From Macrostomum lignano (lineage: Eukaryota): a stretch of DNA of 64,000 nucleotides. Of the stretch, positions 51,231 to 64,000 are shown in pieces. The stretch covers positions 434,001-498,000 of the forward strand of contig NIVC01000208.1 of NCBI GenBank assembly GCA_002269645.1, given 5' to 3'. The position numbers were made by a program, and so were the translations under genes. The notes beneath the pieces are model-generated. The model did not search any database. It was not told the origin of the DNA and saw only the letters and a list, made by a program, of their open reading frames with translations. The stretch's first letter is position 1. The number at the start of each line of letters is the position of its first letter.

Positions 51231-54200
51231 GACAATCGAGACAAACTGGCTGACTGCTTGAGACTCTGTGAGCACAGCTCGGCAATGCCAAAGCCTGACA
51301 ATCAAGAACAATTGGAGTCGCTAGGTCTCGAGCTCGAACCCTCCTGGGATCGGGTTGTAGCTCCAGAGGTGAGTTTTGTGCCTAAGCGGCTGCATTTTTG
51401 AGTTTTAAAAGAACCACCGAATGCTTGAACAAACCACTGCTTCCAGAACACAACAACCGCCAAGGCTGTGAAACAGCAGGCGGCAATCTGGGAGCTGCTG
51501 CAGACTGAGGTCAATATTTTGAGGCACCTGAAGACTATTATTGAGGTGAGCAGCCTTCTCAAACTTGTGATTCTCAATTTCTCTGTACACTCTGCTTGCC
51601 TCCCACTCTACTTCTGCTGTCACTCTACTTCTCCTTCCACTCTACTACTCCTTTCACTCTACTTCTGCTTCCACTCTACTTCTCCTTCCACTCTACTTCT
51701 CCTTCCACTCTACTTCTCCTTCCACTCGACTTCTGCTTCCACTCTACTTCTCTCACACTCTACTTCTATCCCACTCTACTTCTGCTTCCACTCTACTTCT
51801 GCTTCCACTCTACTTCTGCTTCCACTCTACTTCTGCTTCCACTCTACTTCTCCTTCCACTCGACTTCTGCTTCCACTCTACTTCTGCTTCCACTCTACTT
51901 CTCCTTCCACTCTACTTCTGCTTCCACTCTACTTCTCCTTCCACTCTACTTCTCCTTCCACTCTACTTCTGCTTCCACTCTACTTCTGCTTCCACTCTAC
52001 TTCTCCTTCCACTCTACTTCTCCTTCCACTCTACTTCTGCTTCCACTCTACTTCTCTCCCATTCTACTTCTCTTCCAATCTAATTCTCTTCCACTCTACT
52101 TCTCTTCTAATCTACTTCTATCCCACTCTACTTCTCTTCCAATCTACTACTCTCCCACTCTACTTCTCTCTTACTGATTCGGAGATATTCGAGAACATAT
52201 TCGGTTCAGATATATGATGAAGCGGATCTGACCCTTAAGTTGACTCAGTTGATGAAGCAAAAATGGATACTGATTGAAAAATATTCACTCATGGCTCCCA
52301 ACAGATCGAAAGATAATTCCAAACTGCGTGCATGATCATATATAAGTTTCTGGTTGCATTCAGTATTTTTGTTGGAGGCAGCGGGTTACAGATCACAGCA
52401 CATTAGGGATTTAGGATCAATATTATTCCCATTTGCAGATTAGCACTCATAAATTGGTGAACTCTGAGTGCATATAAGATTCAGCTTTGGTGCTTTAGGA
52501 AGATTTGGGAAGATGAGAAAGATGGGCACTGGGACAGGCACTCAGACAGACACTGAGACAGGCACTGCGACACACACTGCGACACACACTGAGACACACA
52601 CTGAGACACACACTGAGACACACACTGAGGCAGACACTGAGCCACACACTGAGCCACACACTGAGCCACACACTGAGACACACACTGAGGCAGACACTGA
52701 GACACACACTGAGACACACACTGAGACACACACTGAGCCACACACTGAGATACACACTGAGCCACACACTAAGCCACACACTGAGCCACACTAAGCCACA
52801 CACTGAGCCACACACTGAGATACACACTGAGCCACACACTGAGCCACACACTGAGCCACACACTGAGCCACACACTGAGATACACACTGAGCCACACACT
52901 AAGCCACACACTGAGCCACACACTGAGATACACACTGAGCCACACACTGAGATACACACTGAGCCACACACTGAGATACACACTGAGCCACACACTAAGC
53001 CACACACTGAGCCACACTAAGCCACACACTGAGCCACACACTGAGATACACACTGAGCCACACACTGAGCCACACACTGAGCCACACACTGAGCCACACA
53101 CTGAGCCACACACTGAGATACACACTGAGCCACACACTGAGGCAGACACTGAGCCACACACTGAGATACACACTGAGCCACACACTGAGGCAGACACTGA
53201 GCCACACACTGAGATACACACTGAGCCACACACTGAGACAGACACTGAGACACACACTGAGACACACACTGAGCTACACACTGAGACAGACACTGAGCCA
53301 CACTGAGACAGACACTGAGCCACACACTGAGACACACACTGAGACAGACACTGAGCCACACACTGAGACACACACTGAGACACACACTGAGGCAGACACT
53401 GAGCCACACACTGAGATACACACTGAGCCACACACTGAGACAGACACTGAGACACACACTGAGCTACACACTGAGCTACACACTGAGACAGACACTGAGC
53501 CACACTGAGACAGACACTGAGCCACACACTGAGACACACACTGAGCCACACACTGAGCTACACACTGAGACAGACACTGAGCCACACTGAGACAGACACT
53601 GAGCCACACACTGAGACACACACTGAGCCACACACTGAGCCACACACTGAGACACACACTGAGACAGACACTGAGACACACACTGAGACAGACCACCCCC
53701 CTCCCCGCAAATGCAGGTGCACATGACGGTCCTGAGGCACCTGCAGAGCAGCGCAAATCTCCTGGCTGACGTCAGCTCCGACCAGCTGTTTCCCGGCATC
53801 CTGCCAGTCTTCCAGGCTCACCGGGCCCTATGGACGGAGCACCTGCAACCGGCTCTGGTGTCAGCCAGACAGTCTGGATTGCCAATGCGACCGACAGCGT
53901 TCTATCGAGGCTTCACGAGTTTCCGCGAAATATTCGCCCCGTCAGCGCAGTACTGCCTGCGAATTGCCGAGGCCAAGGACTACTTAAAGAGTCTGGAAAA
54001 GAACGAAGTGTTTGCAGACTTTCTTAAGGTACAGCTGTCATTTGCGAATTGAAATTCTATTAAATTTACTTAAAGTAGTGTTTGCTCACGATATTCGACT
54101 CAAACTTTCAGGTACCACTATACCAAAATATACGCGCCATTCTATCCCAAAATTTGGCGCCATTATACCTCAACATTTAACGCCATTCCATCCCAACGTT

Positions 54201-57200
54201 TGGCGCCATTCTACCCCAACATTTGGTGCCATTCCATCCCAACATTTTGCGCCATTCTACCCCAATATTTGGTGTCGTTCTATCCCAACATTTGACGCCA
54301 TTCTATCCCAACATTTGGGGCCATTCAATCTTAACATTTGGCGCCATTCCATCCCAACATTTGGCGCCATTCTACTCCAACATTTAGCGCCAATTTTCCC
54401 CAGTATTGGCCGCCATTTTACTTTTCGTCATTTTACACTCCTAATTTCAAATGCATTGTTGCCTTAATCTCACTTTCGAGTTTGAATAGTCATTTTAACA
54501 AAAATTTACGAGATTAAATTTCACTATGCGACCACCGCCACTCGTTCCAGTGGGCGCAGAGAGTCAGCCAGCGAAATTACAACTCCGAGGACGGTGCGGT
54601 GGACCTGCAGCTTGGCTCACTGCTCACCATGCCCCTACAGCGGGTGATGAAGTACGGCCTGCTGCTGCAGGAGATTCTGCGACACACAGAAGATGGAGAG
54701 GAACGGCTGGCTTTGGAATCGATGGTTGGTTTAACTTTTGACATGAGTAAATTTGTCTTAGATAAGGGCTGATTAACCCATGCATTCATTTTGAGGGTTG
54801 TTGACGATTAGAAAGTCAGGGCTAATGTACACCCTGTGTGAGCGTGTGTATGAGTGCTGTGCCTGCGTACGGTATTGTCGCGCTTTTGTCTACTTAGGAG
54901 TCATTTAAAATAATTTTTTGCAATACGCAACAGGCCTGAATTTCTTCTTTTTTGACAACAGATCAGTCACGTGACGTCGTTCTGCAATGAGTTGAACTCA
55001 ACATATCGGGCCAAATGCGACCAGGCAGAGCTGCGAGGAGTGGCAGATCGAATCGAGGACGCCAAGCTGCCTGACTGGATCGACGGCCTGGGAGACGAGA
55101 CTGCAACTGTGCTGGAGTCCTACAGGCTCAACTTGATGAGGCCAATGCCGCACAATGGACAGTTGAGGAGGAGAATCTCTGAAGGCGACGTCAGATTCAA
55201 GGACGAAAAGGGGAAGGTGAGCAAGGCATTCACCTTGACCACTTGAGCTACTTGATTATCTTGCAGTCATTTAGCTGGTTGAGTGTGCTAAATCCTACAT
55301 ATAGCTATTTACAGATTATAGCACAGTTGTTACACTGGCTATTAAATTAATAAATCAGACATGTTTTTGTTCCACCATTTTAAACAAAAATTTCTATTCT
55401 ACACTACGAACTCAGTGGAACGACGCCAAGTGCCTGCTGTTCACCGATCTGCTGCTCCTAGCCAAAAGCAGCAAGCGCAACAGTCTTCGGTTGCTGAGAC
55501 CGCCGCTGCGTCTGGACCGGCTTGTGTTGCACAAGCTTAGCGACCCGAATAGTGAGTTTCAATCAGATTTAATACAGTATAGCTACATGGCTGCATCTCG
55601 TGGTTGTTGAGAATTTCAAGCGTCCATCATGCCAAGGCCACATATGGTTAAAATAATTTTGCTGAGATGCCATGGCTCAATGGGGAGTTGCTGAGATGCC
55701 AATTTGCTCAATAGAGAGTTGCTGTGATGCCATGGCTCAATGGAGAGTTGCTTAGATGCCATGGCTCAATGGAGAGTTGCTTAGATGCCATGGCTCAATG
55801 GAGAGTTGCTGAGATGCCTTGGTTCAATGGAGAGTTGCTGAGATGCCATGGTCAATGTGGGAGTTGCTGAGATGCCAGGGTCAATGTGGGAGTTGCTGAG
55901 ATGCCAGGGTCAATGTGGGAGTTGCTGAGATGCCATGGCTCAATGGGGAGTTGCTGAGATGCCATGGTCAATGTGGGAGTTGCTGAGATGCCAATTGGCT
56001 CAATGGGGAGTTGCTGAGATGCCATGGCTCAATGTGGGAGTTGCTGAGATGCCATGGCTCAATGGAGAGTTGCTGAGATGCCTTGGTTCAATGGAGAGTT
56101 GCTGAGATGCCATGGTCAATGTGGGAGTTGCTGAGATGCCAGGGTCAATGTGGGAGTTGCTGAGATGCCAGGGTCAATGTGGGAGTTGCTGAGATGCCAT
56201 GGCTCAATGGAGAGTTGCTGAGATGCCATGGCTCAATGGGGAGTTGCTGAGATGCCATGGCTCAATGTGGGAGTTGCTGAGATGCCATGGCTCAATGGGG
56301 AGTTGCTGAGATGCCAATTGGCTCAATGGGGAGTTGCTGAGATGCCATGGCTCAATGGGGAGTTGCTGAGATGCCAATTGGCTCAATGGAGAGTTGCTGT
56401 GATGCCATGGCTCAATGGAGAGTTGCTGAGATGCCAATTGGCTCAATGGGGAGTTGCTGAGATGCCATGGCTCAATGGGGAGTTGCTGAGATGCCAATTG
56501 GCTCAATGGAGAGTTGCTGTGATGCCATGGCTCAATGGAGAGTTGCTGAGATGCCATGGCTCAATGGAGAGTTGCTGAGATTCCAAGGCTCAATGGAGAG
56601 TTGCTGAGATGCCAAGGCTCAATTGAGAGTTGCTGAGATGCTTCGATTCTTCGAACCGAAACCGAATTTCAAACCGAATTTCTTCTCCACAGATTCCTTA
56701 CTTCTAGTGGCTCTCACTGATTTTGGCAGCGTTGACTGCCTGATGTGCCTCGCCTGCGATAGTCAGAAGGCAACGGACGAGTGGAGTGATCGAATTTTGC
56801 AGGCCAGGATTCTGCTTGCGGCGCAGCTGCAGCAGCAGCAACAACAGCTGCAGCAGCAGAAGACGGTCGCTCTGCAACCCAGCGCTCCGTCCCTGCAGCC
56901 TCAAACCAGCGTCGACGCAGTACGATTGCGTAATCATCATCAGCAGCATCCGGTGCATCAACAGCAACAACGCTCGGCAACTGTTGCCATAGCAACCAGC
57001 AGCTACTCAACTATTAGTAGCAATAGCAGCCAGCAATTACACTATACTAGGAGTAGCGGCGATATGGAGTCGTTATTGACCACAACAATATCGGTTACTC
57101 ATCATCACCAGCAACAGCACCAGCACCAGCGTTATACTACTCAATTGAGTAGTTTCACTGATGTTGAACCAGCGACTATTGATAGTACGGGAACTGGGAG

Positions 57201-57270
57201 CGCTGGCATTTCTGCAGCCGGTGGTGTTTCCGGAGTTGAAGATCAACAAGATGAAAGGAGAAGCTCGTAA
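51231..57270 (+). CDS. PLEKHG5-like: DH-PH Rho guanine-nucleotide exchange factor of the PLEKHG5/6/7 group; exons 51231-51368, 51447-51545, 53717-54028, 54551-54724, 54962-55216, 55416-55551, 56693-57270 (5' exons uncertain)
   Basis: [20 protein letters not shown] (DH CR1), [23 protein letters not shown] (CR3) and [12 protein letters not shown]...[12 protein letters not shown]...SDP (PH). All six introns are GT-AG with matching phases (0,0,0,0,0,1). Poly-Q/H/S tail. Confidence 0.9.
51600..52170. repeat. 17-bp pyrimidine-rich minisatellite (RhoGEF intron)
   Basis: Unit CCACTCTACTTCT(C/G)CTT. Confidence 0.94.
52535..53692. repeat. 12-bp (with 10-bp variant) minisatellite in the same RhoGEF intron
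   Basis: Unit CTGAG(C/A)CACACA; ends about 25 nt before the acceptor at 53716. Confidence 0.96.
54130..54420. repeat. Degenerate 23-bp minisatellite (RhoGEF intron)
   Basis: Unit TTGGCGCCATTCTATCCCAACAT, about 12 diverged copies. Confidence 0.85.
55660..56640. repeat. 29-31-bp minisatellite (last RhoGEF intron)
   Basis: Unit GAGTTGCTGAGATGCCATGGCTCAATGGA. Confidence 0.95.
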
Positions 57271-57417
57271 GAATTATGGATATACCTGTAATATATTCGC
57301 ATACATATATTAGGCAATATGTGAAAAAGTACAGCTTTTTAACATCAGTTTATCTCCTTAGTGGGGTGGACAATGGTGAAAACTACCAGTTCAGGAAAAA
57401 GTATTTTAATTTGAAAA

Positions 57418-57681
57418 GAGGTTGACACTTTGGGAAGGATGGTTGACACTTTGGGAAGGATGGTTGACACTTTGGGAAGGATGGTTGACACTTTGGGAAG
57501 GATGTTTGACACTTTGGGAAGGATGGTTGACACTTTGGGAAGGATGGTTGACACTTTGGGAAGGATGGTTGACACTTTGGGAAGGATGTTTGACACTTTG
57601 GGAAGGATGGTTGACACTTTGGGAAGGATGTTTGACACTTTGGGAAGGATGGTTGACACTTTGGGAAGGATGGTTGACACT
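57418..57681. repeat. 21-bp minisatellite, about 12.5 units, downstream of the RhoGEF stop
   Basis: Unit GGTTGACACTTTGGGAAGGAT. Confidence 0.96.
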
Positions 57682-59899
57682 TCAGAAAGGTGCAGCGTGC
57701 TTTTCGCTTTAAGATGCGCCACGTCACTTCAGTTAAAGTACCGAAGCTCTTTTTTATATCCGCATGGTTCTTTAAGATATTTGAAAGAGGTTTAGACTTC
57801 TGCCTGAATTCATATCTCTAGAACAGGCTAAATCAGGTATGTAGTTATTGTTTAGTAACTCCATATTATTAAAACTATTCGTAACCGTTAACTTTCAGAC
57901 ACGTGTGACCGATGCATATCCATGACTGCAAACAATGGAATCAAAATGCGTAAAAATGCTAGAAAGGTACATGAAAAAACTTCCAAACACTGATATTCGA
58001 CCAACGGTTTTGAGTGGGCATTTTTTGTTTAACTATATTGACTCTAATTCATATACATGCGATGGTAGTACCATATATAGTTCTGTAGCCATGCATGTAA
58101 TTCTCTAAATTTACAAACGGAATTTGATAAAGTAATTGACTATATCTAGATCTGTATACTTTAGGTTAACTAGAAACATTTTGCATGAACATGTACATAG
58201 TATGTGTTCTGTAAATAATGTTTACTCTAATATTTTATGTATTGTGTAGCTTTTGCTTATTGTGCATTCAAAATTAATTATATGTGCAGCACAGCCTAAA
58301 AAAGCAAATTCAAATTAACAACTGATTGAGCCTACCTAACCGCGCACTTCATTAACTTACTCATGGCTATCGTATTTTGTGTTGCATAATTATTTTATAT
58401 TTAAAAGACGGTAAAAATACTTCATAAAACCACATAATCGTGTATATTATCAGGCAAATAATATTTCGTAATGATGTGATTTAATAGTCAATTTATTGCT
58501 CTTCAACTGTAAACTTTGTGTAGTGCCAGCGGTCTCTGAAGGTTACAGAAAAGAGCAAAAATCTTTTGATAAGATACTAAGCTCAAATTATATGCTTTAA
58601 AGCGAGTATCTTGTAACTCTTGCACTGACAACGGCTTAATTTTCACATCACGATCAGATCATGCATATTCTGCTGTATCTGTATATAGCAGTACATTTTA
58701 TGCACATTGCTTGGACCCCAGACAAGAAAATGTGGGCTTTTATACAGCTTTGATACATCCAGCAAAGATGTAAAACTAGAGACGACGGATTTTTCTACCA
58801 TTTTTTTCAGTCGTTAGATACTTTATTTAAAAGCTTCATATAAACGCACATGGACATGCCATATATCTAATTGTAAGTTCTATGAAATGCTTGTTTTGCC
58901 CAGTAGGAAATTCTGGTACGTCCAAGGGTGCGCAGACCGCGGCGCCCGGTGGCCTGTGGCCGGTAGCGGGGCGCACTCTTTGTCCAGTCGGGGCGCCAGC
59001 CTTATGCCCGGCTCTCGGTGTGGACGGCTCAATAAATAAAGGCAAGAATTGGTCCACTCTACTAACAGTAGTATGCATGGCTTTTTATAGATATATTTTG
59101 CTCTGGAATGCAGCCTAGCTTTCTGGTTGTTTCAGAATTGAATTTATTTCCCAATAATTTTCAATAATAAATTCAAACAACATTGATGCCACTTGCTTAC
59201 AAAGTTTGCCTTTTGTGATTTTTCTGCAATTTTTAGAAAACAAGTTTGAGTCTATGAATGAAATCGAATAAGAAACTTAGATCTAATGAAATTTGAATTT
59301 ATTTAGCGACGTTAAATGGAACTGATATTAAAACACAATATTAGAACGAAAAAATGATCAAGTTTTCTGGCGACAAAGGTGTTGAAAGAATGTCAGTTTT
59401 AAAATCTTTTTGTCGCAGCATTTATAATACGTGCTCTCATAATTAGAATATTTTAAATTGTCCATCACCCAGCTCTCGCTGATCTTCGGACCTGTTTGAT
59501 CCACTTGATTCGGTTTCGTCATCAGATTCGGGAGAGCAGTCAGTGCGGTAGTTGGTTTTCGACTTTGCTGAACTTTCGATGGTTGTTCCGCTTTCGAGGC
59601 TGAGAATCCAACTGAATACTCGCTCGCTTTCTGGATTGGGAGCTTGGCTTTGCTGTCGCCGCTGGCGGCACTTCTCCCGCTGATAGTCGCGATGGTGTCT
59701 GTGGCATTGGAGTGTCCAATCGGCGTTTGCTGATTGGTTGTAAACACCCACCCCAAGTCAACCCCCCTCTGCACTGCACCCCTCCGCCGTGAGGTTTATA
59801 CCACCTAGCTTTTACTCAGCCTGCCTCACCTTTCTCGCGCTGCATGAATTTTTTTTTATTGTACGGAGTGGCGTGAGTGCTGCCTAGGCTGCAACTGCA

Positions 59900-60954
59900 A
59901 TGGCCGAGATTTCAATTGACCAAATGACTGCAAGGCAGCTTAGAGACCATCTATGCCAAATGGGACTGCCCAGTGGCGGTCGCAAGCGAGAGTTGCAAGT
60001 CAGACTGGAACAAGCCAGTTTCTAAAATCAAGCCAAGCGACGTGGACGGCCAACAGCCACTCACTCGAGCGAAATCGACCGAGTCAGCACCAGCAGAAGC
60101 GACGACGATGAGGAAGCGACCCTGGACGAGGCTGGCGCCCCGCAGGGCACCGACGATCTGGACCAGAGGATCGCCCGTCAGGAGAAGCTGCTTCGGCTGA
60201 AGACTCTTCAACGCCAGACTGCTGAGATCGAGGCTGAGCTGGAGAACAAGCCTTGCCAACAGAGCCGTAAGTTGCGGAGCCCCTTGCCGATTGACCGGTC
60301 CCCTGCTGCCCATGAGCCGGAGCTGGGGCTGCCAGACCTGGGCCTTCAAGGCACTTCTGCCAGGCCGTCGGGACTGTCAAAGCCCCTTCTGGTAAAGGAC
60401 TTTATCAACCGTGATGGTGAGGAGCCTGCCTCTGGCGAGAAGTCCAGAGTCCGGACTGAGCAGATCTCGGCGAGTCAGTGGGTAGCAGGCAGCAACCGAA
60501 TCCTGCTGAAACTCCTCGACGAGGGTTCCCTCGTCACCGTTAAGGATGGCGCGGTGGATCTTGAACAGCTGAAGGCCTACGTTCGCTACTGTGTGCAGTT
60601 CGGCGAGTTTATGCACCAGGGTTTCAGTCAGGCCGCCCTCAACTGTTACGATGAAGACTTCAGGACCCTGCAACATCAGTCGAGCGGCAGATGGGAGCGG
60701 GAGTCGCTGCAGCTGCTATCCAAGCACATTCTGGCACCAAAGTCAAATCATGGCGGCAACGCGATCTCCCAGCGCACCAACTTCAAGCCCAGAAGGCCAA
60801 AGCAGCAGCTGGCGGCCCGATCGATCCTGAAGGGCGGCAGCTGTGCGTGAAGTTCAACCGCAACGGCTGTCTACGGCGCGACTGCAAGTTCAGGCACGTC
60901 TACTCCGCCTGCTACGAGGCGCACCCGCGCCAGTTCTGCACTTCAAAAAACTAG
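59900..60954 (+). pseudogene. Ngaro ORF1 (gag-like) with N-terminal SAP-like motif and C-terminal CCCH + CCHC-like fingers
   Basis: MAEISIDQMTARQLRDHLCQMGLPSGGRKRELQVRL. A single TAA at 60023-60025 lies in frame with ORF 60272. After a frameshift near 60825: CVKFNRNGCLRRDCKFRH (C-x7-C-x4-C-x3-H), then YSACYEAHPRQFC. Confidence 0.8.
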
Positions 60955-61049
60955 ATCGCGGCCGGCCGGGGGGGGGGCTCAACTGGCAGCCAAAGTCGAA
61001 CCCCCGCTGCCCCCTGGCTGGCCCTGTCCCAAGCCCCTCGAGTCCGTCG

Positions 61050-62540
61050 CTTTCTCATCCGACCTCGCCACAGCCGCCTGGGAAACTGAGCTGACTGACG
61101 ATCCTGACCGCGAATTCCTGCTGAATGACATCCGCAACGGCTTCCAACTCACCTGCCCTGACCCATCAGAAAGAGCCTCAACTATGTCAGAAATCCAGAA
61201 CTACCTATCAGTCAACAGTTACCGGCAGCTGGTCGAGCAGCAGGTGCGAGAGGAAATCTTTAATGGCCGCTACGTTCAAGTCAGTGACAAACCGGAGGTC
61301 ATCAGGGCCCTTGGCGCCATTCCGAAGGGCAACAACAAGATTCGACTCATCCACGACTGCTCTAACCCTCCGGGTCTCTCCCTAAACAGCCGATTTTCTT
61401 CCGACTACAGAATAAAGTTCGAGACCGTTAGTCACTTCACCGCCAAGCTGCAACCCGGTTGGTTCATGGCCAAAGTCGACCTCGCCAATGCCTACCGGAG
61501 TGTCGGCATGAGCCCGCACGATTTTCGGCTCACCGGCTTGAAGTGGAAATTCAACGACCAGCGCAGCGATTCGTACATCTGCGACACGCGGCTCCCCTTT
61601 GGCGCTGCTGCCTCCGTGGAAGTTTTCCACCGCCTGAGCCAGGCCGTCAAGCGCATGATGCAGAGGCGGGGCTTCAACGATATCGGCAGTTATCCGACGA
61701 CTTCGCCATAGCAGCCTCCAGCAAGGACGACTGCCAGCTCGCTCTCGACACCCTGCTCAATCTGCTGCGGAAGCTTGGCTTCACCATCAACTGGAGCAAG
61801 GTGGTGGCGCCGTGCACCAGCCTGGTCTACCTGGGCGTCCTCATCGACACCGTCATTGGCCTGCTGGAGCTTCCGAAGGACAAGCTTGACGCCACCAAGT
61901 CTCAGCTGCAGTCCGCGCTCTCTCGCAAGCGCATCACCAAGCGCCAACTCCAATCGCTCTGTGGCCGCATCAACTGGGTCTGCCAGGTGGTCCGCATCGG
62001 GAGGTGCTTCCTGAGACCACTCCTGCTCGAGCTCAGCGACCTGAAGCAGTAGCGGCACAAACTGCGCGTGCACAAGGATCTCCGCGAGATCCTTAGCTGG
62101 TGGGACGCCTGACTGGCCGCCTCCCCCAGCTGCAAAATCTGGCGTTCCCACGGGCCTAGCTGAGCCATCGAGTCCGACGCGTCCAACTGGGGCGGCTGCG
62201 GCATCATCCGCGGCCCAGACACCACCAGCTGGCTCATCATGGACTGGCACCGCGACTCAACCGAAATCGAGCCGCTGCACATCAACTTCAAGGAAAGTCT
62301 CGCGCCAGTGCTTACGGCCCTGCATTTCCAGCAGCAGCTGCAAACGGGCAGCCAGCTTGTGATCTACTCTGACAGCACCGCCGCAGTCGGCGCCATCAAC
62401 AAGGGCTCGTCGCCAAATCGGGTCGTCAACTCGGCTCTGCAACAGTTGATGCTCCTCGCTGCGCACCACGACCTCTCCGTCTAGGCCTTCCACGTCCCCG
62501 GGACATTCCAGATCTTCGCTGATAGTGGCAGCCGAGCCGA
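61050..62540 (+). pseudogene. Ngaro reverse transcriptase-RNase H
   Basis: AWETEL..DPDREFLLNDIRNGF, KIRLIHDCS, MAKVDLANAYR, RLPFG, Y(L)DD broken by a 1-bp deletion at about 61694, YLGVLID; RNase H ESDAS..G.G, HINFKE, SDSTAAV..INKG, HVPG...AD..SR. Several in-frame stops. Confidence 0.92.
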
Positions 62541-62679
62541 TGACATCAGCGAGCTGACAAACTTCCTGCCCCGGCTCTTTGGCTCTGTTCACGCTGACCT
62601 TAGCAACCTTAGCGAGCACACTCTCTCGCCAGCCACCTGCGAATTTCTCGCCCTACAGATCGCCTGCCTCAAGTCCCGA

Positions 62680-63639
62680 GCGCGAACTTCAGCAAGCGCT
62701 ACCGCGAGCTCTGCCACCTGGCCTTCTCTGAGACAACCGCGCGCTCTTACCGCTGCCAGATCGACTCCTGGAAGTGGTTCAGCAAGCAGATGCGCATCGA
62801 CAGCACGAGACCGTCCCTGCAGCATCGCGCTGTCCGACCGCCTCTCCTCGCATGCCAGCGTCGGTGCGTACATTAACGCCGCAGACCTGCACTGCAAGCT
62901 CAAGACCGGCCGCGGCCTTCCTCGCGACCCCCGCATCGACCTGCTCCTCCGCGGTGTGCAGCGCAAACTCGCCAAGCCGCCGGTGCGCAAGGCGCCCATC
63001 ACTCCGGGTGACCTCCTCAAACTGCGAGGAACCCTGCGCCTGCAGCAGCCTCAAGATGCAGCCTTCGGGGCGGCGGCCCTGGTCGGATTCTGGGGCCTCC
63101 TGCGCCGCGCCAATCTGTGCTGCTCGAAACCCTTCCCACCAGCCGGCGAGGCGGTCACCTGCGGCGACCTGCAAGTATCACCGGATCTGGCCATCCTGCA
63201 CATTCGGCGCTCCAAGACGAATCAGTTCCGCCAGCGAGTGCACCGCGTTGTCCTGCCGCGCCTCCGGCACGCGGCGCAGTACCCGCTCTGCCCGGTGGCA
63301 GCGCTGCTTCACCACCTGCGCATCAAACAGCCCGACCGCGCTGCTGCTGCCCACCTCTTTGCCTACCGAAGCAGCGGCGGCCTGACGCCTCTGACCGGCA
63401 CCCGGTTCTGTCGCCTGTTTCAGCACGTCGTCCACCGCGCCGGCCTGGCAGACCGGTCTCTGTCCCCTCACAGCCTTCGACGCGGCGGCGCCTCGCTGGC
63501 GTTCCGCGCCGGTGTGCCGCTGCCGGTCGTCAAGGCCCTGGGCGACTGGCGGAGCTCGGCGATTGAGGTGTACCTGGAGCTGGAAAAGGGCTTCGACCTC
63601 CAGCTGGCGGCTGTTCGCAAACTGTCTCAATGCCTTTAA
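62680..63639 (+). pseudogene. Ngaro tyrosine recombinase (catalytic domain open 62956-63639; N-terminal part frameshifted)
   Basis: GFWGLLR (R), RRSKTNQ (K), CPVAAL, HSLRRGGAS (H-x-x-R), LGDWRSSAIEVY (W, Y nucleophile). Confidence 0.92.
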
Positions 63640-64000
63640 TTTTTCGTTTTCCTGCCCTGGGTAGAGGCTGGTGTGCTGTCTGCTTTCTTTTTCCACTGGC
63701 TTGGACTCAAATGCTCAGATTTTTTTTCTTCTCAACTCGTGTTTCTTTTTTTTCTTATTTCGTATTTTATCTTTTTCTTGCAATGATGACTGTTGTTTTA
63801 TCGATTAAGTGCTTTTTTAATGACCGTTTATTTTATTTTTGCTTGCAAGCGTGTCCCAGCATTCTGCGTGCCCCCCGTTTTTCTTTCACTATTTTCCCAT
63901 CATTTTTCGGATTTTGGACCGTCGTATCCACTCGCACTGTACTCGATACTCGCAACCACTCACGTCCGCCTTCCCTTTCCTTGGGGTGTGATGTTTAAAG

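Larger units (their letters stand above)
59900..63639 (+). mobile_element. Ngaro-type (DIRS order) tyrosine-recombinase retrotransposon, disabled; termini not resolved
   Basis: ORF1 (gag-like), RT-RNase H and YR occur in the characteristic order, with few disabling mutations. No split direct repeats were located inside the window. Confidence 0.92.

Noticed and set aside
59738-59758. Short inverted similarity to 63980-64000 suggesting DIRS1-like ITRs
   Set aside because: The match is about 16/20 nt and does not extend inward; it is likely chance, and the true ends may lie outside the window.
59358-59779. Minus-strand ORFs adjacent to the Ngaro element
   Set aside because: There are three overlapping open frames with no recognisable motif or splice chain, so no gene can be supported.
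62956-63639. Phage or bacterial integrase acquired by horizontal transfer
   Set aside because: It directly follows and overlaps a DIRS-type RT-RNase H, the standard layout of a YR retrotransposon.

Overview
Eukaryotic, intron-containing, very tandem-repeat-rich invertebrate DNA. The style resembles a free-living flatworm such as Macrostomum, but that is an unverified impression. No rRNA, tRNA or CRISPR array was found. Most real genes are split by short introns, so the ORF track shows only fragments. Left part (1-24.5 kb): an island of secreted-protein genes mixed with transposon debris. It holds four short ADAMTS-like M12B metalloprotease genes (one 5'-truncated by the window, one truncated pseudogene, one with a single-base frameshift, one intact on the minus strand), an orphan signal-peptide gene, two PAN/Apple + F-type lectin paralogues, and piggyBac, Gypsy, Crypton-like and hAT-like remnants. 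Middle (26-57 kb): a complete 4-exon CFAP97 gene (minus) and a PLEKHG5/6/7-type DH-PH RhoGEF (plus), whose larger introns are often dominated by a different minisatellite in each intron. Right end (59.9-63.6 kb): a recently disabled Ngaro-type tyrosine-recombinase retrotransposon (SAP/zinc-finger ORF1, RT-RNase H, YR). All gene models, identities and family assignments were derived by hand from splice signals, frame arithmetic and motif recognition; no database searches were run.
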